Under the pieces are notes generated by a model. It worked only from the letters and a program-made list of their open reading frames with translations, made no database searches and was not told the DNA's origin. The position numbers were made by a program, and so were the translations under genes. From Macrostomum lignano (lineage: Eukaryota), in NCBI GenBank assembly GCA_002269645.1, contig NIVC01003470.1, positions 1 to 64,000 of the forward strand: a stretch of DNA of 64,000 nt, written 5' to 3'. This document shows positions 13,089-26,575 of the stretch, piece after piece. Every line of letters starts with the position of its first letter. Positions within the stretch are counted from its first letter, which is position 1.

Positions 13089-16000
13089 CTACTTGCAAAA
13101 CTTCGGCTTAGGTGCAACTTTAGGCGGCTTTACAGGGGTCCCGCTGGCTGACAAGGGCGCAGAGCCCGGCAACTCAGCTGGCGCAACTACTGCCGAAGAG
13201 GCAGCGCCGGATTCTGCTACCACTGGTGGTGATGACCCCGCTGTCACCAATGTTGACTGAGGTGGCTCCGGCCAACGCCGCACACGCAGCGTGTCAGCGT
13301 GGCCCTCAAGGGCAAAGCGGTCGGCAGCTGATTCGGGCAGATCGGAGACCAGATCTGGAGCCCGCTTGGCCGCTGGAAGTTGCACTTTGGCTGTAAGCAG
13401 TGCTTGTGGATCGGCATAAGGAGACTCCGTGTCGTATGTAAGGAGCTCAAGGCCAGCGATTACTTCTTGCAAAGCCTGATCGATGCTCTGCATATCCTGA
13501 TCCGATGAAGCCGCTGATGCCGATGCAACAGTTGAAGATGGCGACGATGGTGATATTGAAGACGTTGAAGCCGTAGATACTGCTGTCTCCACTGCGGGTG
13601 TTGCTTTCTGTTGAGCAGGTGGTGCTTTAGAGGTTACAGTTGTTGATGAGGAACTTGCTGACTGATGGTTAGTTGGACTGATGTTGCCAGTTGCGTCAGT
13701 CAAAGATGAAATCGATTTTGCAAAAGTCTGTGACGTCGGCTCTGCTTGCGGCATGGACACAGTCGCGGTCTGTGGCACACTTTTTGGTGCAGTTTGAGCA
13801 GTTTGTAGTATTGTGTCTGAAGAAATCTGGGATACGTCCTTGGGTGCTTGCTCAGTGGAACCAACCGTCGCTGCGCTCGGCGTTTTTGAGTTCTCAACGT
13901 TTGATGGGACGATCTGTGACGGGTGGGTAGCTTTCGGTGCAGCTGAAGGGCACTGAGGTGTCTGATGCTGATGTTGCGAGTGCAGCTGACTTTGAGGATG
14001 CTGCTGCTCAGGTTGCTGTGGCTGCTGTAGTTGCGGCTGCTGAGTGTTTGCTGCAAGCGCTTCAGATTCTGTAGACGAGTGTCGCAGCCTGGCCACATAT
14101 GCATCGGGAATTAGGCCCTCTTTACCAGAGGCATTGACAACACGCAGCCACTCGGCGGTAAGGCGGCTGACTACAGTGAGGACGTCCCCTTTGTTGAAAC
14201 TGAGTTCGCGTGATGTTCGCGCTTCAAATGAGTACTTGGCCGCTACCATGTAGCCGCTCTCAGGCTCTGGAAACACAAACCAAGCGCTTGTTATTAGATA
14301 TCGAAAGGGTGAAATATGCTGCCTTTCCTGATATTATGCAAACAGATTCAACTGATTGCAAGTAACAGAATGATACGGTGGACTTGCATTGTAAGGAAAA
14401 TGAGTAAAAATGAATATTGAAAAGACGATTGCATAAAATAGGATTTGAGAGACTAAAGTTTTGTATTCGCGTTTTTCTTTTCCTAGAATTCTGTAGCGAA
14501 ATCGCGCGCAAGATGTTTCCCATGTTAGGACGTGAGCTGAACTCGGATTCTAGATTTCCAGTTCCATTCCGCAAACGCAGAAGAGATTTCAGGTGTTGGG
14601 GTAAAAGCCTAGCGCCTTCCTGCACATACTAGAGAACCCCTTGACTCACCCATCTCGGAGCAAACGGACTGCTCTTCTTCGTCTTCCACATCGAAGTCGT
14701 CTTCCATTCTTTTACGGTAGATGGGCCCGGGCACGTCTTTGCGCACAAAGATGTCGGACTCGTGCTCAATAATTAGCTTCATCAGGTGAGTGATAGAACC
14801 TTGGTAGATCACTGGGTCGCGGTTAGGCGGCACGGGAAGGAAGGAAGGCGCTAGACAAATCGACAGGTTGTAGGAATCCATCAAGTTTTCATCCGCGAAT
14901 TGGGACAGGTGGTTCAGAAAAGCAAATATGAACCTGAAAGGTTGCATTGCATAAACCATTGATATTTTTTACAAAGTTTAGTAAAGACTAAAGATCTAGA
15001 GCGGTACAAACCAATAGCGTTATATGCATATTACATAAAAATAAAAATAAAAAAACGCATTGGCCAAACTTGTAAGTCGTATTATTCTACTGATCGTCAG
15101 CAAGTAGTATAATAAATTAAAGCTGAAATTTTTGGAAAGTCTGCAAATTAAAAAACTCCAAACACTTGGTGGGAAAACGGGGTAGGTGAAATAGAAATTG
15201 CATTCCTGTTTTATGGCGCTTTACGAGTAGAAGTAAAAGTTTTAGGATCTGTGAGACTCGTAATAACGTATAGAATTGATCTTGCACTAAACTTAGACGA
15301 TATGAAAGGACTTAGGCATTACGTTCTTGATTTCCACTTGAAAACACTTTTTCTGTAGAGAATTACTGCTATCAGATGAAATCATGCGAAAGCGGAGTCT
15401 CTAGTCCAAATACGGTGACTCTTGTAAAGCGCGCTAATTCACTGCAATTAAGCAGACTGCCCTTTGCCGCGAGTCACTATGATGCAAAGCAGCAATATAC
15501 AGACAGTAGCCACAACCGATGGGCTATTTTGACCATATTTATAAGTAAATACCAGCTTCCAATACAGATACGAAAATGAATGTGTAACATTCTGTGTGAT
15601 ATTTAACCTTAAACACGATTTCTTTCACAGACTTGAAAACTCACTATCGAAGACAGTAAACTTTATAAGCACGAAATATTAAATTACATCGACGAAATCG
15701 TTCAAGTTGTTGGCTAGCGGAAGTATCAAAGTTTTAGAGGATGTGAAATTTCGAATTTATGAATTTTTGGAGCTAGTAAAAATTCGACCTACTGAAACGG
15801 TCACTCATTTTGGTAGTTATTTAGGATATTGATTATCGTGTCTCCTGACAACGAATTAATAAATTAATAAATATATATGTACGAGTAATATTCGTAGCGT
15901 TTGTTGTAAGTTGGTTCACGAGTGCAGAAGTCTAGCTGAAGTTCGAGGGGGTTCAATAAGTTCCCGGATGTGCAAAGACTGAAAAAGTTAGAGAAACTGG

Positions 16001-19000
16001 CAGTCAGGTTTTCTTAAAAGTACTCTTTAAGAAAAAGAGTACGCACCGGTGCATCCTATGAAACCACTCACTGAAGCATCTGGACCACTCTGAACTTGGC
16101 ACCTCTTTGACATGCTTGATGAGGGCCTCGACTGCAGCTTCCGGCGATGAATAGCGAATTCCACACATCTGCTTGATTTGCGGAAACATAAAGAAGTCGC
16201 AGGGGACCAGGTATGCGCTGTAGGGTTGATGGGCGAGCTCGTGATGTTTTCTATAGCCAGAAATTCGCCCACTTGCCTGGACTTGTGGGTTGGGTGTTGT
16301 GATCAAGAAGCATATCGAGCTCCTTTCTTTGGGCGACGACTGGAGAGAGTACTCAGCACTTCTGGCAGACAGCAATTGGTATACCAACTGCCAGTGACTG
16401 TGCTCTGCTGGACAAGTGGCACGGTCGCTAGATGACCAGCTTTCGGCACAAGAATGGCCAATATCTGCTTTGCGTTTTCGCTGCAGCTTCAATAGTGGGA
16501 CGCTTCCAACTGGTGTTCACTGGGCTGACTACTGCTTAGTCTTTGGGTCGAAACTATACGAGGTAGATCTAGGGTTCGTCACCACTGACGATTTCCCTGA
16601 CCGAGTTTGAGCGGCCACCATCGAATCTGTCGAGCATGGTATGGCACCAAGCCAACCGAGCCTTCTTTTGCTCCTCCATCAGGTGAGGAGGCACCCAGCG
16701 GGCAAAAATCTTGCTCAGGCTGAGCCTTGAGTGCAGGTTAGTTCCCGATAAGATGCCCGCATCTATCTTTATGTGGGCCACAGCATCATCCTCAGTTATG
16801 GCAGCAACTCTTCCCTTGCTGCGGAGGTGGGCCGGCACACGACTCCATCGACCACGTCGAAATTCGGAAAACCGCTCAAAAACTGTGGTCCTGGAAGGTG
16901 CTTTATTGCCGAAAGCCGCTTGAAGTCCCTCAAAGCTTCCCTGACGCCCTAGATCACTTTTTTAGTCCTAATAAATCATTGCTCTCCAGTGTTGAGCTCC
17001 ATTGTGAATTCTCAGTGTTAGGGGGTATGCTAACTTTTCGTGTGCGCAGCACAGGCTTTATAGAGTAAATTTATTTGAAATTGCACAAATATAATCACAA
17101 GATAATGTACATAATACCTACTATGCAAATTGTGTACATCACCTTCCCAATTTGTGCACCCGGAAACTTATTGAACCCCCCCCCCACCCTCGTACTGACT
17201 AACACTTGTGCCGGACACTTAGCATGTTCTGACGCGCCAGAGAAATTGCAAACCTTTCTGTCTGACACTGACAATCAACCGAATATATTTCGGTTAAATT
17301 TACGAGCGTATTCCTTTATGGAAAACGATTTAGGGACACAGCTGGTAAGCCAGATACTAGGTTTTGAATTCGCGCGTTTTTTTAGAAAGAAGCATTAAAT
17401 GCGAGTCTCTGGACTATGTACGAACCATGTTCGAGTTAATTAAGTAGCATTGAAAGTTACAGACCTGAGAACTCTGTAGCAGCTAGGTGAAAGATGCAGA
17501 AAGATTTCCCGCAGACGAACGATAGATTCAGTGACACTATCCTTCTTTACACAGTCCATGAGGTCCTCGAACAGACGTTGAGGAAAGACCGGCTCTTCCA
17601 GGTCGCGCAGATAGCATTTTAACACACCAGCCGCAGCATTCACATCGCGACCGTCAACAGCTCCTGCAAATGGATCCTCGCCGCGCTCGAAGGCCTCCTT
17701 GAGCCGGTTGACATCCGACTGGGAGCCCGGAACACTGCAAATTAAAATAATGTTGGCTGCAGCTATCTGAAAGTGTTTATTTTCTGATTTCGCAAGTTAA
17801 AAAACCAATGCCAATATGGGCCAATGCCCATCATATATTTTGCTCACCGGAAAACACCTTGATGAAACAGGCCAAACTGGTTGATGAGGCGCACACAGGA
17901 AAGCACCACAACTGGCATCTCTACTTGATCTTCCACTGAGCCCCCAAAAAGGCGCGGCCGGCCGCCGCCAATTAGCTGAGCGTTGACTCGGATGATTGAC
18001 TTGCGGCGCGGCTTCGTAGGTAGCGGCGGCGGTGCTGAGCCGCGCTCCTGGCTCAGTGCGCGCGAAATGGCGCCAGCCTTGGCATGAAGCCGGGTCAAAT
18101 GGCCATTCTTGCGCAGATACTCGTCAAACTTTGATAGATAAAACTCGCCATTCTCCCAGGCCCGTTTCTTATCATTTTCCTGTACCGGCTGCTGCTGGCC
18201 CGACTGGCCGCAGTCCAAAGCTCCAGCCGCAACTGAGGATAAAGACATCCAGGAGACCCAACTAGAGGGTGCAACATGGCCTTCTACATGGCGATTATCA
18301 GAATTCTGTATTGCAGTGTCTGGCTGTGCATAAAGAACTCCACCCTCTTTCATGAGTTAACTAATCCGCAGCTCAGTTCAATATATGTGCAGATGGATGA
18401 CAAGAGTCAGAAAAACTTGTAAGCAGTTCTACTGTTATTACTGCAACCTAAAGTTAATTTCATGTTTAAGTTTATAAGCTAAAAATGCACTGTGTGCAAA
18501 TATGATAATTTTAAGAAGCTTGTCCAAATTACAAAACTGTTGCAATACTTACCCGCCTCTTTTGCCGACCGACTGAACATGTCATGGACATAAAAATCCG
18601 GTACATTGATGTGGACCAGCCAGGACTGCTCAGCAGCTTCAAGAGTTTTCCACAGCTCATCCGCTTCTACGCTGGTGTCCTTGATGCGATTGCGCAGGTT
18701 TGAATAGCGCTCTTCTAGCTCCTTGAGCACGTCTGGTTGGCTCGCACACACGTGACTCACTGGATCGCTCTTGTGAGCTTCAAATTGAAAAGCCTTTGGC
18801 TCCGTGAATACGGACTTAGATGACTGAAGGAAGTGGAGCTTGTCCTGCCTGAATTTATAAAGAAAAAGAATAATATAGTAAAGATTTCTGATCTGATAAG
18901 TGCATGTACTTTAGCATATTCTATTTCTATTCAGTATGAAAGTGTTTTCACTCTTAAAATAGATTGAGTGACTGAACAAACTTTGCAACATTAAATTGGG

Positions 19001-20985
19001 GTGAGTGATAAGTCTAAAATAGCACAAAAGTAAATTAACAACTTCAACTCACTTTGCATCCAGCTGATTCATGGTATTCATGAAGTATCGAACGAAGCCT
19101 TCCTGCCGTTGCTTGAGTGTTTCCTCGGTGTTAAGGTGCATCATTGCGGCCCGAGCCAGCGAATTATGAAAGCCACAGGCCAGACAGTCCAGAATATCTG
19201 AAAGATCGTCAGAAAAGTACCTGCGAATGCAGGCGTTTGCGCTCTCCAATTGCAGCAAGTATTCGTTGCGCTCGCGCAGTGCCTTCTGGTGCGTCACCTC
19301 ATGCTTGTCTCGCCGTTTTTCGATGTTCTTGTCAACCTGCGTTTGCGAAAAGTGAGCAGCGGCAGTGCAGCTTACTGATTTGCAATAAAATCAATTAGGC
19401 CGATCATGCAAAAATAGATTATCTCTGGCCTCTCAACAAACTCTAACGAAGCTTGAGAAACCCAGTGCAACTTCATCAATTCGATAAGGTGACAACTACT
19501 CGAGAACATACAGGAGGGAGGGCACCACCAGAACTAGACTCAACGGGCGGCTAGTTGATCGAACAATGTGACTTTTACGGGCCCTCTATCAAAAGAGCAT
19601 ACTTGAAGCTGGCGACTGCATAAAACAATAGCAAACTTAATTTCAAATATGCGATTTGACCCTGCATGAAATGGTATCCGTATTGATAACGGAACGAGTG
19701 CTTTTCAGTGCACTGCAGGCTTTTCTTGCGATAATTCCAAGTCAGCGGCAGCAAATGCTTAGCATACAGCACTAGAAAGGAAATAATGGCCTGGCAAGAA
19801 GTCAAGCTAATAGAGAAATATGAAATACAGCCATGGACACAGGACAGCGCGCAAAGAAGTTGCATGATAAACACGATGAGGCTGTGGATAAATAGTTTTC
19901 TGCTTCTGAACAGTGCCAAACAGACCTGTACAGCATTACTTATGTTATCTAACAGCCATAGCAAATGATTTAATAAAAGATAAATATTACAAGTTTTACC
20001 TCGCCATAGTTTTTGCCTTTAGATATAGCATGCTGTTTAACTAGCTAAGATCAAAACGAAAGAGCTGTGACAAGCCAAGGCCTAGTTAGAATCCAAACTG
20101 CACGTAGGCTTCTACCCAGACAATTATCGAATTTAGACAGCCGAAAAGTTTCACAGGTTGTCCATCTCATGGCAGATTTCTTATAAGAAAGTGCCGCCCC
20201 GAGGTTGGATCACAACCACAATCATTAGTAAAATAAAATGGGATCAAATGACAGTAATATGCAGCTCAGTGTTTGTCACATGCGATTTTCGTACTCCTTA
20301 CGAAGCAACCAGCTATTTAAGCAGTTTGCGGCTCACACAAATCATAATTGACAATTACGAATACAAAAGTCCGGTTTACAGTCTAACAAATACAACTATA
20401 AGAAAATCACCTGCTTCAGCCGTTTATCCTGTGGCCCGCAGGCAGCGCCTCCACTGCTGCTAACTCCGCTGGCCTCTTCAATGCGTCGGCGTTCATCTCG
20501 AACAGCCGTTAGCTTGGCTTCAGCCTGGGCTGCGTGCGACCGCGCGATCTGATAATTCTTGAGCGCCTGTACAACCTGCTTGGAATTGTCAAGCAGCTCT
20601 TCCTGACTAGCAGCGCACATCTCATGGCACTTTGAAAGCAGCTTTGCAGAGTTGTCACGTATGTCTATAAATCGAGGGGCCATTTTAGTGCTGAATATCT
20701 TGGCGACCACGCTGTGATTGGCACTCTGACTGTGAGTTATTCCCAACACAGTGTTGTAGAATTTAAAAAGAGAGTACGCATCAGCACCAGTAACACAGCG
20801 TGTGCGCTCCAGTAGGCGCAGCTTCTCAACCCTGGACTGAAAAAGCTTTTTTAAGTCCTTCGAGTACTGCTCCTCAATTTCAGCGCGACGGCGGTAAAAC
20901 TCGTTGAGCTCGAGAAGCATAGCGCTTTCCCACTCAATTCGATTGTCGATCAGCCGTTGCTGTTCAGCCAGTTGGACGCGCAGTT
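13089..20985 (-). CDS. srgap: srGAP/ARHGAP4-family protein (F-BAR, RhoGAP, SH3, low-complexity tail); 5' exon unresolved
   Basis: Exons on the minus strand: 20985-20411, 19336-19053, 18848-18553, 18232-17848, 17734-17465, 14933-14650, 14266-13089, all GT-AG with consistent phases. Motifs: ELRVQL..EQ, EFYRRRAEIEEQYSK (F-BAR), GLFHQGVFRVPGS (GAP arginine finger), AFERGEDP, AGVLKCYLRDL, NLMDSYNLSICLAPS, and the SH3 segment AKYSFEARTSRELSFNKGD...W...GLIP. Confidence 0.92.
15944..17192 (-). mobile_element. Decayed mariner (Tc1/mariner, DD34D type) element in an srGAP intron
   Basis: TIRs CGAGGGGGTTCAATAAGTT(C/T)CCGG at both ends, with TA after the right end. The broken transposase starts at ATG 17002 and shows WVPPHL (WVPHEL-like), IVSGDE and HQPYSAYLVPCDFFMFP (YSPDLAPSD-like), with several frameshifts and stops. 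Confidence 0.92.
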
Positions 20986-22169
20986 CTGTATTGGGTGTTT
21001 AATATTTTATAAAAAAGGACAACTACCATTAAGGAATAGCTCGTATCTCTCTGGCTACCTATTTCAACTTAACCTCACTCCTTTATTGTATATTCAGTTA
21101 TCGTGCTTTGTAGCACTATTGGTGCCAGTGCCAGGGGCACCAGCGCCAGCGACGCCAGCACTAATTGTCTCATTTGATTTTAACAGTCTAATTATGCTTG
21201 GAAAAAATAAAGATAAAGAACTTGTGAACACAACAATATAGTCTCCCACTCCCTGACAAAAAAGGTCTGGTTTTCATACTCGTAGAAATCAAAGAATAAG
21301 GATTCGAAAATCTTAATACTCTAAAATACTAGGACTATAACTTTTAGTAACAAATGACTTCAAGGCGGAAATAATGACTTGGATTTTGAAAATAATGGCT
21401 TGAATTAATCATGCGATACCCCATCAAACTAAAAACATCCAGGGAAACAAAAGAGATATCAAATTAAAGAGACATGGAGTCTCAATCAACATCAAAATGT
21501 CTAAACCAAATATATAGGCTATGTTTAGAAAGATATAAGTCAAATCTAATACACACTTTCTATCATTTTTGTTTTTCTGCAAACCAACTATGTTAACAGA
21601 AACCAAGGCTAGTAATGCTAAATTGAATATGCACAAAACATGCTTAATGGACAAGTTGTAGCATGTTCAATGTTCTAAGATCAAGCTTGTTAATTTACTG
21701 TTTTTTAGGTAGCTTAGGTAGCTCAACACATCCCCCCCACTTTTTTCTTAGGATCCTCTTTCTTAATAGAGCATACTTAATTTCTATTGCATTATAAGAC
21801 AAAAAGGGGGACATGTCCACACAAAAACATCCAGAAAAACAAACATGACAGAAAGCATATATTATATTTTACTATATTTTACTATATTTTACTATAAACA
21901 AACATAGTTTATATATTCAATTTCAACATTTTTCTGTTTATTGGGACCTTTATTTTTGGAAGAACTAATTGATATTTTAGTTTACAAACTAAATTTAGTT
22001 TTATTTACTTTTCTGCTATGATCCCTTTATCAATCTATCTTTTTCGTCTCTATTTCTACTTCTTTATCTCTATCTTCCTTCCATCTGTTTCCCACTATAC
22101 TAGAAATGGTTTGTCTATATATATGCAGGTATCCATATGATTAATTCAAGAAAAATGGCTCAATCAAGT

Positions 22170-22430
22170 TTCATTGACTTGCACTATTTGATCAGAAATT
22201 TTCCCATGATGGTACATATGTTGTGGCTAAGAAATCGCTCAATGCTAAAGGGAAAAATATTCAAAAAATGCTCTTTTGCAAAGATCTAGCAGACTTTTTG
22301 ATTTAAAATACATTGAAAGAATTCTAGAGAAAAAAATGAATTGGCTAAATTCTGATTCCAATAAAGATTGCATCATAACTGAATTATGACTACACACCAT
22401 TGAAAACACAATGTGGAAGCATAGCACTAA
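22170..22430 (+). repeat. Dispersed repeat copy 1 (diverged partner at about 25763-26075, partial third copy near 25420)
   Basis: Shared blocks ACTTGCACT.TTTGATCAGAA, TGGCTAAGAAAT.GCT..ATGCTAAAGGG and TGTGGAAGCATAGCAC occur in the same orientation. Confidence 0.75.
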
Positions 22431-23029
22431 CCAATATACTGTTCTTTGCTTGATATGAATTTTGAAATGAAAATAAAGAATAAAATACAATTATTGTATG
22501 TTTTGATAAAGTATGAAGCCTTTTTAACTTATTTTAATGAGGATTCTAAAATTAAATAAAATTAAGGATTGTGAGAAAAAATGCCAGAAATTTTTTAATA
22601 TAAAATTTATTAACTAGTTTTTTAACACAGCCCTTGTTGGTTGCATTCATTGATGGCTGCCACCTTTTTCCTTTTAGTCTATCAATAGATCATATCAGAT
22701 ATGCAATATTTGTCTAATATAAGTTTAGCATAAATGACAAAATTTTATTTTGGTTAATTGCAATAGACAATTTATTTGTCAGTGCTAAATAATATTAAAT
22801 AGAGTTTTATCATAGCTATAGGCTATAGGAAGTTTTCGTATAGATGTTTTCTAGCAAAACATACATATACTGGTACAGATATATGGTTATAGGAACTTAT
22901 ACTTCACATATCTAGTTCCTATATCTAGTAATACCATTCAACTGAGAATGGAAAGACCATTGAATCTGTTGATTTGATAGGGTTAGGGTAGTAGAAATAA
23001 ATGAATATTGCCAGCTTCATCAAAGTGAA

Positions 23030-23590
23030 AAGAACTCTTAAGTCCCTGTAATTTAGGACTCAAATATCAACATAGATTGTCAATACCATCTCTATGCTAT
23101 AGTTGGGTAGTAGGAGCTAAAGTTAAGATGAATGTTTTCAGTTTCAAAGGGGAGCTCTTAAGTCTCTGCATGGATTTGGGGGCTTAGCAACAAAGCTTTA
23201 AAGCCACATGCACATTGTTGTTGTGTGGTAGGAGGCTAAAGTTAAGATGAATATTTTCAAAATCAATGTGAGGGTCAAAGGGAGCTTTTAAGTTCTTAGA
23301 ATTGGGAACTCAAGCACTAAAGACAGAAATGTTTGTCACTATATATATATTAAAGTTGAAATAGGAGGAGGGGGAGGGTTAAAGTTAAGATATGTTTTCA
23401 CTTTCAGTGAAAACTTTTTAGTATAAAAATTTTCAGTATAAATTTTTATTGAATTTTTTAAGTTTTTAGTTAATTTTTAATTTAGTCAAATTTTTAGTAT
23501 AGAGCTCTAAGTCCCTAGGGTCAAGAACTCAAACAACACATTTTTGACACTATATACACATTATGGTTGGGATAGTGAGGGCTTAAGTTA
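23030..23590. repeat. Old, diverged tandem repeat, about 4 units of 120-130 bp or more
   Basis: Recurring GAGCTCTTAAGTC...CTAAAGTTAAGATGAAT modules start near 23031, 23153, 23280 and 23503. Confidence 0.6.
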
Positions 23591-23726
23591 TGATGAATAA
23601 AGCCAATAGGGAAACCACTAGCATCTATCATCACTATCAAAGAAAGCTAGATTACAAAGAGGCTTCTTGGAAACCAATTGATAAGTAGGTAAGAATTGGT
23701 GATTTTGTTACTTTAGTTACCTAGAA

Positions 23727-23908
23727 AATATGAAAAAATGAGAGAAAGGAGAGAGGAAAGAGGGAGAAAGTAGTGAGAAGGGGAAGGAAGGGAGAGGAAT
23801 AGGGGAGATAGGAGAAAGAGGGAAAGAGAAGGTAAAAGAGGGCAGAAGAGAAGGGAAAGAAGAGAGGAGAGGAAATAGGGGATAGAAGAGAAGAGAGAGA
23901 AGAGAAGA
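23727..23908 (+). repeat. GA-rich polypurine tract
   Basis: Nearly all G and A on the + strand. Confidence 0.85.
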
Positions 23909-25762
23909 TATCATGTAATGGCTTTGGGCAATGGACCTCCAACTGGATGATGTGGCTAGCTAGTTGAAGTTGTTGCTTGCACAATAGGTCAGAAGGCTAC
24001 ATCAGGTGTACCCTTATATAGAACCTAGTATTGGTCTTACTGTTTAAACTGATGTGCATATCTAAATGCCACATATAGCATGGCTACATATATAGTGTCT
24101 AGCTATCTCTCTAAGGTATCTATAAAGGCCTATGTCTTGGCATTATACAATTGTTACAGAAAGTTTTCTAGCTATGGATATGTATATAGATATAGATAGG
24201 CTATGGAAAAATTTTCTAGATAAAGCAGATATAGGAAAATTTTGGTTACAACGGAACTCTAGTATTAAATAATGAAGATGCTTATATAAAAGATATTTGA
24301 TAACAAATTTCATAATTAAAAGAGTTCTTAACGCTTTGTTATGGTTTTTAATGAATTGGTGATAAGATAACCTAGCAATAATCAATGACAATAGTCATTC
24401 TGATAAGATGCAAATAAAACAAACAAAGCTTAGCTTAGCTTTTTCAATTTTTTAAACTTTTGTACTTATAGATATTTTTTGACTATATTCATTTATATAT
24501 ATATATAACTATATGCAAATATATTTATAGTTCTTTTAGTATATAATTTACAAATAGACTCCATCAAATGTATCTATTTAAACAATTGTATATATTTTTC
24601 CATTAAAAAATACTGGTAAAACTGGTAAAATATTTGAATGTTCATAGAAAATTCTACGATAATATATTTAATTAATATGCTATCAATATACTAGTGAACA
24701 AAAAAAGAGCTTATAAAAAGAAATCATATACTAATTTTTTCTGTAAAAATATTGTCTTGCATAAAGATTTTTGTCTTATAACAAATTATGCCACTTTTTT
24801 TATTTTGTGCTATATTGTGCTAGATTTTTTCCCCTTGCCTACTATTAGGCTACACCAGAATGCACTAGTGCAGTGCATGTTTAACCCCTTTTGCATTAGA
24901 ATTTTCTGTGAAAAGGCCATATTCTTGACTATGGACATCTATAATCAATAAAAAATATATATATTAAGGGTGGCCTATACAGCTATGATTCAATGATTAC
25001 AAAAATCTTAAATTTTTTCTTTGTTTATTAATGCATTTAATGTATTTTATAGTTTAATATAATAATAACTATAATTAATGAATTTTATAGTTTATAATTT
25101 ATATTTATAGTATAATACATTTAATTGTATAAGAGTTTTAAACTTTTTAGTTTAGACTATTTGTCTGCCAGCATGCTATATCCAATCCAATATACTAAAA
25201 ATGTTTTGTCGGTAATGTGTGTGATCGATTTTAGCAAATCCAATCTTCTATCTAAATCTATCTTCTAAATATACTAAATCTCTAATATTTGTTTGTTTGT
25301 ATGCTTGAATGTCCATAACGCTCTAGAGATTGCAATTCTTCACCGATTTTGATCGCGTTTTCGCCAAAAGATTCAAAATTGTCTGGAAAGAAGACAGTTA
25401 AAATTTCTTGTATCTGCTTCAATGCTAAAGGGATTAAATATTCAAAAAACAGTTTTAAATGGCCTTTTTCAATGCAAATTTTATCAGCCAGAAACTTCAC
25501 TGCCAATTTTAATTGATTGCGCCAGAGCCAACTGATAAGAAAACTCACTCCGCTCCACTTAAAGGGGGGCAATAAAAAAATTATTCTGGCTGCTGGCAGC
25601 TAGCTCTAATTAGTAAATATACTAAATTCCATCTATCCAATATACTAAAAATGGTCTGTCAGTATGTGTGTGATCGATTTTAGCAAATCCAATAGGCCTA
25701 TACTAAAAATAGTCTGTTGGTATGTGTGTGATCGATTTTAGCAAAAAGGGCTCAACCTATTT

Positions 25763-26075
25763 TTTTTGAACTTGCACTGTTTGATCAGAATTTTTTGCAT
25801 CTTGGTACATGCATTTTGGCTAAGAAATTGCTTGATGCTAAAGGGATTAAATATTTGAAAAACATGCTTTTTTGCAAAGGTCAAGCAAACTTTTCGACTT
25901 GAAATGCATTGTAAGAATGCTAGAGAAAAAACTGACTGGTTGAATTCTGATTCTGAAATAGATCACAATCATATCATCACAATAGGCTTTTTATTTATCG
26001 TCTATGTACTGGCTGAATTTTGACACTGAATTGAATTATGTCATAGTATTGAAAACATAGTGTGGAAGCATAGCA
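25763..26075 (+). repeat. Dispersed repeat copy 2 (partner of 22170-22430)
   Basis: Same conserved blocks as the copy at 22170-22430. Confidence 0.7.
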
Positions 26076-26254
26076 CAATAACTTGATTTATATTGCGTAA
26101 CCATATTGCTAACTTTAATAGAGACTGGTATTGACTTGCCTAAGAAATTGATAATGTCATAATTGCTTCGTGTGACTTTTACTCAATTGACTTAGTGTGA
26201 CTATGAGTATTGAATTATATAAATACTACAAATTCATTTAAAATTTCAATGAGA

Positions 26255-26312
26255 GCTAGCCTAGATGTGAACACACTGGACTTCTAATGCAGTAACCTGG
26301 GTTCAAATCTTA
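26255..26312 (+). pseudogene. Decayed tRNA-like sequence (tRNA-Arg(TCT)-like pseudogene or SINE head)
   Basis: ACACTGGACTTCTAATGCAGTAACCTGGGTTCAAATC resembles the anticodon arm (GGACTTCTAAT) and T-loop (GGGTTCGAATC, with CG changed to CA) of tRNA-Arg. No intact acceptor stem. Confidence 0.35.
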
Positions 26313-26398
26313 GTAGGCCTAGTATATAAAAAATAAAAGTAGCATAAATTTTTCATTGAAAGCTTTTATTAAAGGACTAATTACAATACAAAGACCTA

Positions 26399-26575
26399 GA
26401 TTATGGCACTTGATAAACCAAGGATTATTGCACTTGATAAACTAAGGATTACTGTACTTGATAAGCCAAAGATTATTGCACATTTGATAAACCAAGGATT
26501 ATTGTACTTGATAAGCCAAAGATTATTGCACTTGATAAACCAAGGATTATTGCACTTGATAAACAAAGGATTATT
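26399..26575. repeat. 24-bp minisatellite, about 7 copies (GATTATTGCACTTGATAAACCAAG)
   Basis: Directly visible tandem units. Confidence 0.9.
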
